Shown: positions 38,408-50,211 of the stretch, piece by piece
Numbering within the stretch: position 1 is the first letter of the stretch
Layout of the letters: every line of letters begins with the position of its first letter
Assembly: GCF_001194135.2 (NCBI RefSeq)
Contig: NC_068983.1
Coordinates: forward strand, 94,686,976 to 94,750,975
DNA length: 64,000 bases
From: Octopus bimaculoides
Lineage: Eukaryota
Reading direction: 5' to 3'
The notes under the pieces: model-generated
The model's input: the letters and a program-made list of their open reading frames with translations, nothing else
What the model was told of the DNA's origin: nothing
Databases searched by the model: none
Program-made: the position numbers and the translations under genes

Positions 38408-39232
38408 CAGGGTGGGGCAGAGAGGACAGAGGTTTTTGAAAAATTCACGAAGTCATTAATTTTAGCTGCAAACAAATTTTATTGACATCAATGTGTTTGT
38501 ATNNNNNNNNNNNNNNTCAATGTGTTTGTATTGAATTAACATTTGTCAAAATCAAGTGTGGAAAACCACATCCATCATGTGGTGTCCATTTTCATTGATG
38601 CATTTCTGAAGATGTTTTTGGAAGTTGACTTCCACTCTCTCTAGCATTGCTCTGTGCATAGTCCCATGGTTTCAATTGTTGCCCAATGACCAATTTGTAC
38701 TGGTGGAAATGCAGGTCTTCATGCTAAATATGCCTTACCGATCGATTATCAATGCCAAGTTCAGTGGAATGCCTCCAAGCGGAGCAATTCAGACTCTGTA
38801 TCAAAGCTTGTCTGACACGTTCCACATTTTCCAGGGTCCATACCGTTTGTGGTGCCCCCACTGGTCTCNNNNNNNNNNACATTTTCCAGGGTCCATACCG
38901 TTTGTGGTGCCCCCACTGGTCTCCTATTCATTTTTGTATCTTGTGTACGAAGTACATTCACCCAATGTAAGACTGTGTTATGGGTAGGAACAGCCTGATT
39001 TCGGTGAACGTTGAAGTGGCACCAAAACTGCTGTGACAGACTTGTTATTCTTCACGTAACTGTCTTAGGCAAACATGTGATTCTCTATCATGCACAATGC
39101 CATGGCTTCACCTGAAAAGGAAAAAAAAATGCTAAGACACCATGGACTAAATGGTACCTGTTTGACACGTCGCTCCCGCTAGGACTGAGTAATAGCCATT
39201 TCAAAAATGTCCATCCTCTCTGCCCCACCTTG
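38408..39232 (-). mobile_element. Internally deleted IS630-Tc1-mariner element with intact TIRs and TA TSD
   Basis: TA|cagggtggggcagagagg...cctctctgccccaccttg|TA. The minus strand encodes an N-terminal HTH piece (HNTVLHWVNVLR...ENVERVRQAL...RHSTELGIDNRSVRHI*HEDLHFHQYKL) joined to the C-terminus KHLQKCINENGHHMMDVVFHT*. The DDD domain is missing. Confidence 0.85.
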
Positions 39233-39639
39233 TACAATATTACCAGAATCTACACTTGAACCTAAAGAAAGAAATTGGACAATGGAAAGCACATATCTTC
39301 ACTGCAGCATGGCATCTCATATTATTTATCTCAATTTCTGGATATATGCTACTGTGTCCCTTCCTTAAGAAAGGCAAACTCTTTAACCCTGCCTCTTTTG
39401 ATCTCACTTCTGACTTTTCAAAAGTGGTGTAAACAGTCTAAAAAAGATGCCTTCTGCAACATCTTGTGTGTATCTCTCTTTTTCTCTCCTTAATAATCAC
39501 TAATAATGCTTCCCTGGAACTAGATTNNNNNNNNNNCTTTTTCTCTCCTTAATAATCACTAATAATGCTTCCCTGGAACTAGATTTGCTAAGGTCTTGCT
39601 TTTCTATGTCATTCACTTGTCATGCTTTGTTCTTGAAAA

Positions 39640-39900
39640 CATATGTTGTTGCACTTAACATCAGCAAAGCCTTTACACATGTTTAGCATGAGAATCTCTT
39701 AGTTAAATTGCCTACGTATGATGTTCATCTAGCTTTCATCTCTTGATTTAGAAGCATCCAAACCATTGGCAATATCACAGCTGATGAGGCTGTCTCTGAT
39801 GCACACACTGGTGTGCTCCATGGTTTACTTATGTCATAAAGAATTAACATCTAATGATTTGGGCAGAAGCCATCATTGGAAAGAGGTAAAATGTCCATTA
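39640..39900 (+). mobile_element. LINE RT fragment (CR1/L2/Jockey group)
   Basis: VVALNISKAFTHV*HENLLVKLPTY resembles the RT motif ALDISKAFDxVxHxxLLxKL. Confidence 0.55.
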
Positions 39901-41032
39901 CTTGTAAACATTTCATTTGCCAAAGCAAATCACCTCTAGTTTCTTCTGAGTTTACTGTATCACTTATGTTATGTTACACTCTTTCTTCTGTACATTGATG
40001 ACTTGCTGAAAATAGCAGCCAAATTGCTCTCACATCACATCTTATATCTTAAAAATGAAAAGGCTACATTAAATTAATGTAGCCCTTACATAGCCTTAAA
40101 AAAGAAAGGATAGTAATAGATGGTGTGACCATCCTGACTTTTGTCATAGGTTTGCTCAATCAGGATTGACTTGGCAAAACAACTGCAACCTCTGGCTGAC
40201 TGATACACTGTTTCCTATCTCTATTAAATTTGACCCCTGTTCCTAAATTAGTTAGATTCATACCACCCCCACTTGACACATCTAAATCTCTTTCTCACCT
40301 CACCACTACCATGTGATCCTTTAACCACTAAGCTTACTTGTATTTTGTAGAATATCTCAAAATCCCTCTTCATTCATGTTTTTTTCTGCACACTTCAACT
40401 TAAAGATGCTGGAACTGAACATAAACCATATTGATTTTTACCGGTCTCAATAAGTCTCTGAACATCAGGAGCACAGTCTCTTCTCCAGTTAAAACTATAA
40501 AAAAATCTATATAATAATGACTTCCTTCACTGAACATAAGCTTACATTTTTTTTTTAGCATCTTCATACANNNNNNNNNNNNTGCTGTTGTATTACTTTA
40601 GTTTTGTTATAGTTTTCTTAATTCAAATCCATTTTGTATCATATCCATTAGTTATACTAGATGACAATCCACACAGATTTTCTTGTTTTATTTTTCAGAT
40701 ATTTTCTAAAAGACTAAAATTCTTCTGATATTCTTTATCAAAATTTTCCTAAGGAACTAAAATCTATTTAGTAAAATAACTAACTTTACCATTATTAATT
40801 TGGTGCTTGGAACATAAAAAGTTTTTACATGAAGTTATAGGTATATTTCAATTCAATTTAGATATGAACACTTTAAAACGAGCTATTTCAGGTGGATTAT
40901 TGACAGTTAAATCACATTTTAACCATACTCCCCAGTTGTTTCCGGTATTATAATAATTGTTCTCTTTTTACTTTTACAGATGTTTTATTTTATTTTTATG
41001 TTCTCTAAATTCATGTTTTGTTTCTATTACAG

Positions 41033-41311
41033 CTGTTTTCAGTGGTGGTATTTGGCTGTATATCATCAGGAGGATGGTATCTTCAAAAATGCCAATTTAA
41101 CGATGANNNNNNNNNNGTATATCATCAGGAGGATGGTATCTTCAAAAATGCCAATTTAACGATGATGCCAATGCATGTCGATTTGGTTCGGCTATAGGAG
41201 TGTTGGCTTTTCTTGCTTGCATTATCTTTTTGGTCATTGATGCAGTATTTGATAACATCAGCAGTGTACAACATCGTAAATATGCTGTTCTTGGAGACTT
41301 GGGCTTCTCAG
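41033..41311 (+). CDS. SYNGR: Synaptogyrin, internal coding exon (homologous to vertebrate exon 2); contains a 59-bp assembly artefact (N 41107-41116 plus a duplicate of 41058-41106)
   Basis: Acceptor tttctattacag|CTG and donor TCAG|gtaaac. Removing the gap-associated duplication leaves 220 bp reading LFSVVVFGCISSGGWYLQKCQFNDDANACRFGSAIGVLAFLACIIFLVIDAVFDNISSVQHRKYAVLGDLGFS-G. This matches synaptogyrin MARVEL TM1-TM3 as I recall it (LFSIVVFG...NACxYGxAxGVLAFL...ISSVxxRKxAVLxDxGxS). Confidence 0.95.
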
Positions 41312-41879
41312 GTAAACATTTTAGCATCATTATTCTTTCACTGAGATCAGGGAACTAATATTATAACAGTGTTTCAGGGAAACTGCTTTTATCTTGCATT
41401 ACAATTTCACTTATGTATATTGATTCTGATTTTCTGAAAAACTCTCTGCTTTAACCACTAGTTCAAGTCCTCTGAACATTATGTATATATCTCCTCAACT
41501 AATTGCATGTAATATAACTGAGAGGTGCGATGCAACAGAATAATAAGACTTTGAAATTAATTATTATTAAATTGCATCGTTTGAATAGTGCCATTTCTAT
41601 GTTCATTCTTCTCCATGTCAGCATAGATTGGGTATGTCTTCAATGTGCTATGCTACACCATTTATCATAGTGTTTTGTCAACTCAAATATGAGGCCTAAA
41701 TTTCTGAGGTTTGATTTTACCAGTTCTTTATGCTTTTTCACCCTGTACTCCTATCCATTCACAGCACATCTCCATACTNNNNNNNNNNATGCTTTTTCAC
41801 CCTGTACTCCTATCCATTCACAGCACATCTCCATACTAGCTCAGTAGTCTTCCTTGCACACAACAACTAATGCCATTAA

Positions 41880-42400
41880 CATCAACTCACTTGTGATATG
41901 CCTTTCATGCAAGATAACAATGGTACATTCACCTTCTTTCTTATCAGCCTCTATAGAGCTTCCACATTCGATTTTTATATCCCATGTAGTATAACATGCC
42001 TTACATATGCTTCAAAGTCTTTTGCACAGAAAGAAAATTTTTTCTCAATATAGATAACATTTCCCTAAACTTCTTCCATATCTGTCTTACTCCAGTTAAT
42101 ATACTATCTCTCCAATCATACTCAACACTTATTAGATCACCCAAAAGCTATCACCAATTCTTGCAATCTATCTGAATAGTTCTTAGTCTCATTTAAGCAT
42201 GCATTTAGTATTTGTATTCATCAGATCTGACATCCTAGTTCCTAGTCAACCTGACAGATATCCCACTACATTCTTTTTATATACTAATTGCTTCAACTGA
42301 GTAGACAATATAGAGGGCTTACCCTTTTGTTTTCTACATATTGAGCAAAGCCACTTGTTAGATAATTCTGAAATTTTGTGTGCTCATTTCTCATTAATAC
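41880..42400 (-). mobile_element. RTE LINE fragment
   Basis: The minus strand reads ...DSILTGVRQIWKKFREMLSIL...YVRHVILHG..., a decayed RTE C-terminal region. Confidence 0.5.
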
Positions 42401-42622
42401 CCGACTTTTGCTACAGTGACCTTGACCCTTAAGCATTCACATTACTTTGTCAGATGTAATGCTCATTTATTCACATTGTTTTGAATTAATGATGCATTAT
42501 CTTGTAGCTTTGAGATTTTGATGGTGTAACTATTTGTTTTTAGAATGAAATTGGAGGGCTGGTGTGTGAAGTTAGATCTGACTAGTTTGACCATAAAACA
42601 AGTAGAATATTTTGTTGTTTAA

Positions 42623-42833
42623 CCCTTTAGCATTCAGATTACTCTATAAAAATGTAATACTTATTTATTTACATTGTTTTGAATTAATCATGTATTCGCT
42701 TTTAGTTTTCAGATTTTGATGAGTGTATATTTTCAGAATGATATTGTAGGTTAGGTGTGAGAGGCCAGAATTGGCCAGTTTGAACATAAAACAAGTTATA
42801 TTGGTTGGATAAGGCTGGTTAAATGCTAAAGTG
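42623..42833 (+). mobile_element. piggyBac-type MITE with TTAA target-site duplication; a second, partial copy lies just upstream (about 42427-42610)
   Basis: TTAA|ccctttagcattcagattactc...ttaaatgctaaagtg|TTAA. The termini are inverted (CCCTTTAGCATT / AATGCTAAAG[T]G). Confidence 0.8.
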
Positions 42834-43009
42834 TTAAGGCCTTTGAATTGAAAAACATCATTCTGGGTATGAAACATTTTTCTTTAGCTGTGTTACATTC
42901 TGCAGTATAAACCATATCATCAACATATAGATGTTCTCAGGGACATCCAGTCCTGAACACTAGTGTTATTGCCTGAAGAATTTATGAGTAGAAGTCAGGA
43001 CATAATCTT

Positions 43010-43330
43010 AGTGAACACTTATCTGTACACTCTTCACTAAATTAGTTGACAACCTTAATGTTTATTACCTCACCCTGATACTTTAGTAACTCTCACACAT
43101 CTTTTTCTCAATGTCCCATAGACAACAGATTGTGGGTCATATTCAACAGACTTCTCCATGTCAAGAAATGCAAAGTAGCATTGTTTGTGAAGAACTGCTC
43201 TAGCAGTTGTTTTCCACTACAGATAGGACCTGGTACAAACCCAAACTTCATTTTACTCAAACTAATGTTTGTTAAAACTTCACAAACACTTTCTGAACTA
43301 CTTCCAATCAAATTAAGATACCTGTAAGTG
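43010..43330 (-). mobile_element. RTE LINE RT fragment
   Basis: SLSKMKFGFVPG...LLEQFFTNNATLHF...; same family motif as 27335-27565. Confidence 0.6.
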
Positions 43331-43679
43331 CCCCTCTCTTATATGTCTTCTATAATACTGCTACACCACCCCAAACTACCCTCCAAATTTAAATGCTATA
43401 ATATTTTATCCTGATTATAAAATATTGTCTTTTTTTTCAAATTTGGGAACTTTATTGATTTATTTTATGGACACAAGCCAATACTAGTTTACTCAAACCC
43501 TGTTTTTATTTGCTGGTTCTTTGAAGTTTGTATACTGAATTTTCTTTCTAATTTGGTTTCTATTTAGTAGTGCTTCTTTCCAAGCCTTTCATTATCAAAA
43601 TGTTTTTCAATATGTGATTTACAACTCTGATGACAGCTGTTTTTACCTTTAATTATTATGAACAACAGATATAGATATA

Positions 43680-44090
43680 GTTGTGTAGTTAAGAAGTTCA
43701 CTTCACAACCACATGATCTTGAGTTCAGTCCCAGTGTGTGGCACTGTATGGAAATGTCTTCTACTAAAGCTGACCAATATTTTGTAAATAAATTTGGTAG
43801 GTGAAAAGTACTCATGTGTGAATGTGTGTGTGTGTATATGCATGCTTGTTTGTTTCTCACCTGTTGGTTGTCTGTTGGTTTATTCACCTCCTCACCACTT
43901 AACTATTTAGCAAAACGTGACTGATAGAATAAGTCCTAGGGTTGATTTTGACCAACTAAATACTTCAAAGTATATTTCAAAGTANNNNNNNNNNCTAGGG
44001 TTGATTTTGACCAACTAAATACTTCAAAGTATATTTCAAAGTAAAAGTAAAATACTTTTTTCTGGCTAAAACAAGTAAAAGAATAAAAGA
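43680..44090 (+). mobile_element. tRNA-derived SINE family A, diverged, in a synaptogyrin intron
   Basis: gtagttaagaagttcacttcacaaccacatg...agttcagtccc...aaacaagtaaaagaataaaaga. Confidence 0.65.
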
Positions 44091-44257
44091 AATTATAAAT
44101 TTGTTCTGGATAGACTTTAGTTCAGTTGTTAGCTGTGTATGGTAGCTGATATTTACATTTAACTATCTTGTTAGTTAGCAAGAAATTAATTTTTTTGTTA
44201 ATTGAAGGGAAAAATTTCTGTAATAATCTCAAATATTTTCCTTCTTTCTACTTTTAG

Positions 44258-44400
44258 GAGCCTGGACATTTATGTGGTTTGTGTGCTTCTGTTACCTTGC
44301 TGATTCATGGAGGAAGACTAAATCAATGTTTCCAAAGGATCATGGCAAAGATGATATTCAAGCTGCTATTGCATTCTCTTTCTTTTCAATTCTTAGCTTT
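44258..44400 (+). CDS. SYNGR: Synaptogyrin, internal coding exon (TM3 end, luminal loop, TM4)
   Basis: Acceptor ctttctacttttag|GA and donor TTT|gtaagt. The 143-bp exon is phase-compatible with the previous one and reads (G)AWTFMWFVCFCYLADSWRKTKSMFPKDHGKDDIQAAIAFSFFSILSF, matching synaptogyrin WxFxWFVxFCYLAxxW...AAIAFSFFSI. Confidence 0.96.
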
Positions 44401-46534
44401 GTAAGTATTCTTACAAGTTATATGATGTGCATATCACAGATTGTCAATGTAGAGATATGCCAAAAGACATTTACTGTTATACACCCCTTGTTTTATATAT
44501 TTTAGACGAGTTTATACGAGTGAAAATCATCAGGTCTTTCATACTTAATGTTTACATTGTATTGATATACTATATTTAATCCACTAAAATGTTCTCTGCC
44601 AAGGAGTGAGCTTTTCAGGCATGTTAAAAAAATTGTCATTTTTCCAATTGCTTTTTTTTTTTTAATTCAAGAAGCAATCTCACAGGACATGAATGATGTG
44701 AAGTAAACATTTAGGTTTTAGCACATAATTTATGATGGAGTAATTTGATGGGTCAATTTAGTTTCATTCCTTTCCTAAGGATTGTGTCTACAAAATTGAT
44801 TGTATGGAAGATTTTGCAAATTTGAATAAGCTTGTATGTCATGGGGAGTTGTAAATTTTAATATTTGGGAACTGGCCATTCTTCAGAAAGAGAAAAGAAA
44901 GTTCTCTCCCCTTAAATTTTCAAATGTGTGGATTTTATTAACTGATTTTTGCAGGCATAGTCCAATACTAGTGTCTTCAGACCCCATTTTAGTATTTTCT
45001 GGTTCTTTGACGGTAACTTTTATGCTATATTGGTTTTCATTATCATAAAAATCCAATATTGATAACTTTGTGAAACAATCATCTATAATTCTTATGGTTC
45101 ACACTTGCAAAGATGTTTTTTCTAAATACTTGTTTTTAATTCCTTGTATTTGCTTTAATGTTTTAATTAGGTAATTCTTGTCTGAAATAATCTTGATTTC
45201 ATAGTTATGTTAAAGAATGATGTCTGCTCTTTTTGCATGTTTACGTGGAATGAACAAATTTTCTCCAAGACAGCATCTTACTACTTGTTATAATCTGTCA
45301 TCTCTTTTGTGAGATTCAGCTTCATGAAATAAGTTTTCCACACCTTTTTCCTTTGTTTTTCTCTATCTCCCTCTTCTGCTGGTTCAATACACTTGGTACT
45401 TCTTTTTACAGCAAATAACTCATTTGCTTGTATGCATCATTTGTTCATACAACCACATACTACAAGAGAGACTACTCTCTAATGTTCATCTTTACTCTCT
45501 CAACTCATTTGTGCTTTGTCATTCATGCACATTCTGTGGGACATGCTTACTTGTAGTTTATTTTCTAGCCTTTGCAAATCTTTCATATTCAAGTCCTATG
45601 TCTTGCTACAGTGCAGCATCATGCTTTCTACACAAGCATTAGATAATTCATCCTCTATTCTGTAATAAAAACCAACTCTGTATTACCAACAGAGATAATA
45701 ATCCCCTGAACTTTTTCCACTCAGTTCTTATTCTGGCTACTATGATTTCAGAACATCCACTTCTAATTACATCACTTTAAGTAACTACTAATAATAACTA
45801 ATAACTACTTCTGTAGAAACTTCCAAGTATTTGAAAGATTTATTTCACATATGCTCTTATTACTTATTATTCCTGGGGCTCTGCCTCATGCAAAGTTAGC
45901 CTTCACTGTTAGTCTGCCTGTGACCCCACTATACCTCTTTACACTTGGTAGATTACAATGAAAATGTAGGGAAGAAGGCGAGACAAAGGTACTAGAAAAC
46001 AAGAACAGCCTTAAAACATTCGCAACTTAAAAATAAGATTAAAATCAAATTTTGGCTAAAAGTTATTTATTTATTTATTTTACTCTCTCTTCCCTTCTCC
46101 TTATCTTTCTTTGTCTCTCCTTTTTTTTTTCTCTCTCTCTGTTTGAAAGTGCATTTTGTTATTTAGAAATTTCTGTAGAGCCTTCACGTTCCACTTCAAA
46201 AGAGAAAAAAAAGCTTAAAAGCTTTTTCTAATGCATTTCTGCCTCCATCTCTTCATACATCTCATTTTTTTCTCTTTCTCTGAAGTTTACTTCTATTTCT
46301 GGCATCAACCAAACTTCTTGACTATGTTCATCGAAAGTTAAGATAATTCTTGCTTCTCAAAGAATTTTTCTTTTTATCCACAAATCCTTATTCACATGTA
46401 TACATTTGTAATGTATTTATTATTGTTTTACCCCCTCACCCCACCCCTTCTCATATAACATAAAGAAAATGGTGAGTGTAAACACAGAAAAAAATCTATT
46501 TATACAAGAGTCACTTTCATGTCACCTATACTCA

Positions 46535-46841
46535 TTTCAATTCCCACCTTCATTCATATTTTACAATTAAAATTGCATTATGAANNNNNNNNNNTATGAA
46601 TTTAAAAGGTAAAAATCTCTTCAGGGCAAAATTGATATATATTCCTATATATTCATTTACATTCCAATGGACGGAGAGCTCCTTACATATGCATACTGTT
46701 CTTCAGTATGTAAGGAGCTCCCCATCCATTAGGATGCAAATGAATATATAGGAATATATGTCAGTTTTGCCCTGAAGAGATTTTTACCTTTTAAATTCAT
46801 AATGTAATTTTAATTGTAAAATATGAAGTTAGGAATTGAAA
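46535..46841. repeat. Long inverted repeat (about 140-bp arms, 17-nt spacer), probably a fold-back element or MITE
   Basis: Left arm ...tatgaatttaaaaggtaaaaatctcttcagggcaaaattgatatatattcctatatattcattt...gagctccttacata; spacer 46690-46706; right arm tatgtaaggagctc...aaatgaatatataggaatatatgtcagttttgccctgaagagatttttaccttttaaattcata. Confidence 0.95.
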
Positions 46842-47163
46842 CATGCATAGACAACATGAAATTGACTATTATATAAATTAATTTTTTTTTTCCTGTGTCC
46901 ACACTCTCCATTTTCTTTATATTATTAAATTTTGTTCTCCTATATCAAATAGATATAGACAACTGGAACTTTAAGCACTAATGTTGAAGAACCATCAATA
47001 AACACTAATACTAACACAAATTAACAAATTCCAGGNNNNNNNNNNAACACTAATACTAACACAAATTAACAAATTCCAGGAAAATTAATCAATATGGAGA
47101 TAAACCAGTGTACACTTGGATGAAATACATATCTATGAAAGAGTAACCTCTTTCCATTCAAAA

Positions 47164-47203
<40 letters not shown>

Positions 47204-47213
47204 NNNNNNNNNN

Positions 47214-47250
<37 letters not shown>

Positions 47251-47252
<2 letters not shown>

Positions 47253-47560
47253 TGCAGCATGGCTGTGTGGTAAGAAGCTTCCTTCCCAACCACATCGTTC
47301 CAAGTTTAGTCCTACTGCATGGCACCTTGGGCAAGTGTCTTCTACTGTAGTCTCAAGCTGACCAAAGCCTTGTGAGTGGATTTAGTGCACAGAGATCAAA
47401 AGAAGCCCGTTGTGTGTATATATATATATGTCTGTGTTTGTCCCCCCNNNNNNNNNNNNNNNNNNNNNTTACAAAGAATAAGTCCTGAGGTCAATTTGTT
47501 TGACTAAAGGTGGTGCTCTAGCATGGCCACAGTGAAATAACTGAAACAAGTAAATGAATA
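47251..47560 (+). mobile_element. tRNA-derived SINE family A, directly after a (TA)n tract
   Basis: Similar to 9239-9683. Confidence 0.8.
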
Positions 47561-47589
47561 ACTGAAAAGGAATATATATTATTATTATT

Positions 47590-48100
47590 GTTATACATCA
47601 TCTTTGAACATGTTCAGTCCGCTGCTGGGTGAAAGCATCAGCGTGTTCCCTCCACCAACCACAGGCTGATGTTTTTCTCATCCATATACTTGGATGGTGA
47701 AGAATTTAACAAAATCTTCCAGCTTCTGCATAGTCTTACCCTCTTTTTTTTTTTNNNNNNNNNNTTAACAAAATCTTCCAGCTTCTGCATAGTCTTACCC
47801 TCTTTTTTTTTTTTCTGGATGTAATGTCCACTCCATTAATTTGTTATTCCATTTATTATCCTTCTTCAAAATAAATCTCTCAAGAAAGATCATTTCAGGG
47901 TTTTTATTTTCCAGATGATATCCGTTAAACCTGTTGCCACTCTTATCCTGTTGTTTTTCCACTTATCCATTTTGTTAATCTTCAGCATTTTCCTTTCCAT
48001 GGCTCTTTGTGTTGATCATAATTTATTCTCAATGCTCCTGTTGCTAGTCCAGTGTGGCAGAGTAGTCTCCTCAAAGTAGTATAATCCCTAGCTCAAATTC
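47590..48100 (-). mobile_element. RTE-clade LINE 3' end (second subfamily)
   Basis: The minus strand reads TQRAMERKMLKINKMDKWKNNRIRVATGLTDIIWKIKTLK, the typical RTE TQRAMERxML...D...N..IR..T...DI motif. Confidence 0.75.
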
Positions 48101-48144
48101 ATAGTTTCCAGTCCTCAACAGCAATATATATATATATAAGGTCT

Positions 48145-48726
48145 AATATAATTTACAAATGCACCGTCCTCAACACATGACAACTCTACAACCATATATA
48201 TAGGGTCAACTATAAATTTTAAACAGCGATATGCTGTGCATCTCAATTCTTTTAGATATGAGAAATGCAGTAAATCCACAACCCTCACCAGTCACATATA
48301 TCATCTCAAAAATAAGAATATTCCATATAACATATCATGGTCCATAATAGATTCAGGACTTCCATACCAAGGTTAACACTCGGCCTGAACGTTATGCCTA
48401 AAAGAAGCATTCTACATATTAAAACACAACTCTACAATACTACTAAATAAGTATAATGAGGCCCTAGATCTATGCAACCACCACTTTTTTCATACCTTTA
48501 AATTTTGCCACAAATCTAAATTCAACTTAAANNNNNNNNNNACTTTTTTCATACCTTTAAATTTTGCCACAAATCTAAATTCAACTTAAATCACCACACA
48601 TTACATATCCCAAACACCCCTTAGGTAATATCCAACAACCTTATTTGACTTTCCAATGTCTTAATTCTTTAACTTTTCAATTCTTAATTTTAATTTTTTA
48701 ATTGTTTAATAATACATATATAAACA

Positions 48727-48765
<39 letters not shown>

Positions 48766-49790
48766 NNNNNNNNNNNNNNNNNNNNNNNNNNNNNNNNNNN
48801 NNNNNNNNNNNNNNNNNNNNNNATATATATATATACATACACACACACACATGTATGCATGTCAATATACACATCATTCTTTCTCTCTCTGATTTATCAG
48901 CCCCCACCATCACTTTAGCTTGTACAATAAATACGTCTATTTTTAGAAACTTGACCATTATATCTTATTACTCTTCCCTTCCTTGTTGACGTTTACTACT
49001 CACTTTAGTACACCCCCCCCNNNNNNNNNNCCCCCCCCATCATTTTCTTTACCTATCTCCCCACCTTAGTGCCTTTCAAACTTATCGCCCCACCTTCCAC
49101 TTCTCACACATGTTCCTTCCTTATGTTCTTATCTCTTCCTTCTATCCCTCCCCTTATTCCTTTTATCCTGATAACTCTCTTCTCCTATTCCCCTCACAAT
49201 ATCTTGACCATCTAGCACTCCTTTTTTCATTTTTCTCCCCCCCCCNNNNNNNNNNCCCCCCCCCATTCCTTTTAACTAATACCATTCTCCTCCTAACAAG
49301 CATGTCTGTTCTCTTCTCTCTGTCTACTTACCCCTATCTGTACATTCTCAAAATTTCATTCATACCACAAGACCCCTTTGAATGAACAGCNNNNNNNNNN
49401 NNNNNNNNNNNNNNNNNNNNNNNNNNNNNNNNNNNNNNNNNNNNNNNNNNNNNNNNNNNNNNNNNNNNNNNNNNNNNNNNNNNNNNNNNNNNNNNNNNNN
49501 NNNNNNNNNNNNNNNNNNNNNNNNNNNNNNNNNNNNNNNNNNNNNNNNNNNNNNNNNNNNNNNNNNNNNNNNNNNNNNNNNNNNNNNNNNNNNNNNNNNN
49601 NNNNTATTCTCTTATTTCCCTTTATACTTCCTGTATCCATCCTTTTCCAAAATAACTCCTGATATTGAACTATACTATTTCCCTCTAGTTAACTCCCTCA
49701 TATCATCTCTGATGAAGGAATATCCCTAATATCCTAGAAATAGCTGTAAAACTACCTTTCTCTTTATAAATATCTTAAATATTTCACACA
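48145..49790 (+). mobile_element. Penelope-like element 3' region: decayed GIY-YIG endonuclease and pseudo-LTR tail
   Basis: NIIYKCTV.../TTIYIGSTINFKQRYAVHLNSFRYEKCSKSTTLTSHIYHLKNKNIPYNISWSIID...LCLKEAFYILKH...LLNKYNE...CNH (48145-48497) matches the PLE GIY-YIG pattern. A hammerhead-like motif lies at 49709-49748. Confidence 0.8.
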
Positions 49791-49920
49791 GCCTTGGTTT
49801 TGTTGTCTCATTTTATTTAACATACATATATATATACACATATACATATATTGCTGTTGGAGACTGCAGTTAATATATGTCTGGTCATAGAGTGACAAAT
49901 GGTTTCGCATCTATAAGGCA

Positions 49921-50211
49921 CTAAGCTATATGGATATGCCACAAGAGCCAGCGGGTAGCACATGGAATGCACCATTTTGANNNNNNNNNNNNNNNNNNNN
50001 NNNNNNNNNNNNNNNNNNNNNNNNNNNNNNNNNNNNNNNNNNNNNNNNNNNNNNNNNNNNNNNNNNNNNNNNNNNNNNNNNNNNNNNNNNNNNNNNNNNN
50101 NNNNNNNNNNNNNNNNNNNNNNNNNNNNNNNNNNNNNNNNNNNNNNNNNNNNNNNNNNNNNNNNNNNNNCATGCTAGCATGGAAAGCGGACATTAAACGA
50201 TGATGATGATG
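49921..50211 (+). mobile_element. RTE 3' tail fragment ending in (GAT)n
   Basis: ...catgctagcatggaaagcggacattaaacgatgatgatgatg. The reverse complement of this tail starts many repeat copies in the window (e.g. 52277, 28855). Confidence 0.65.
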
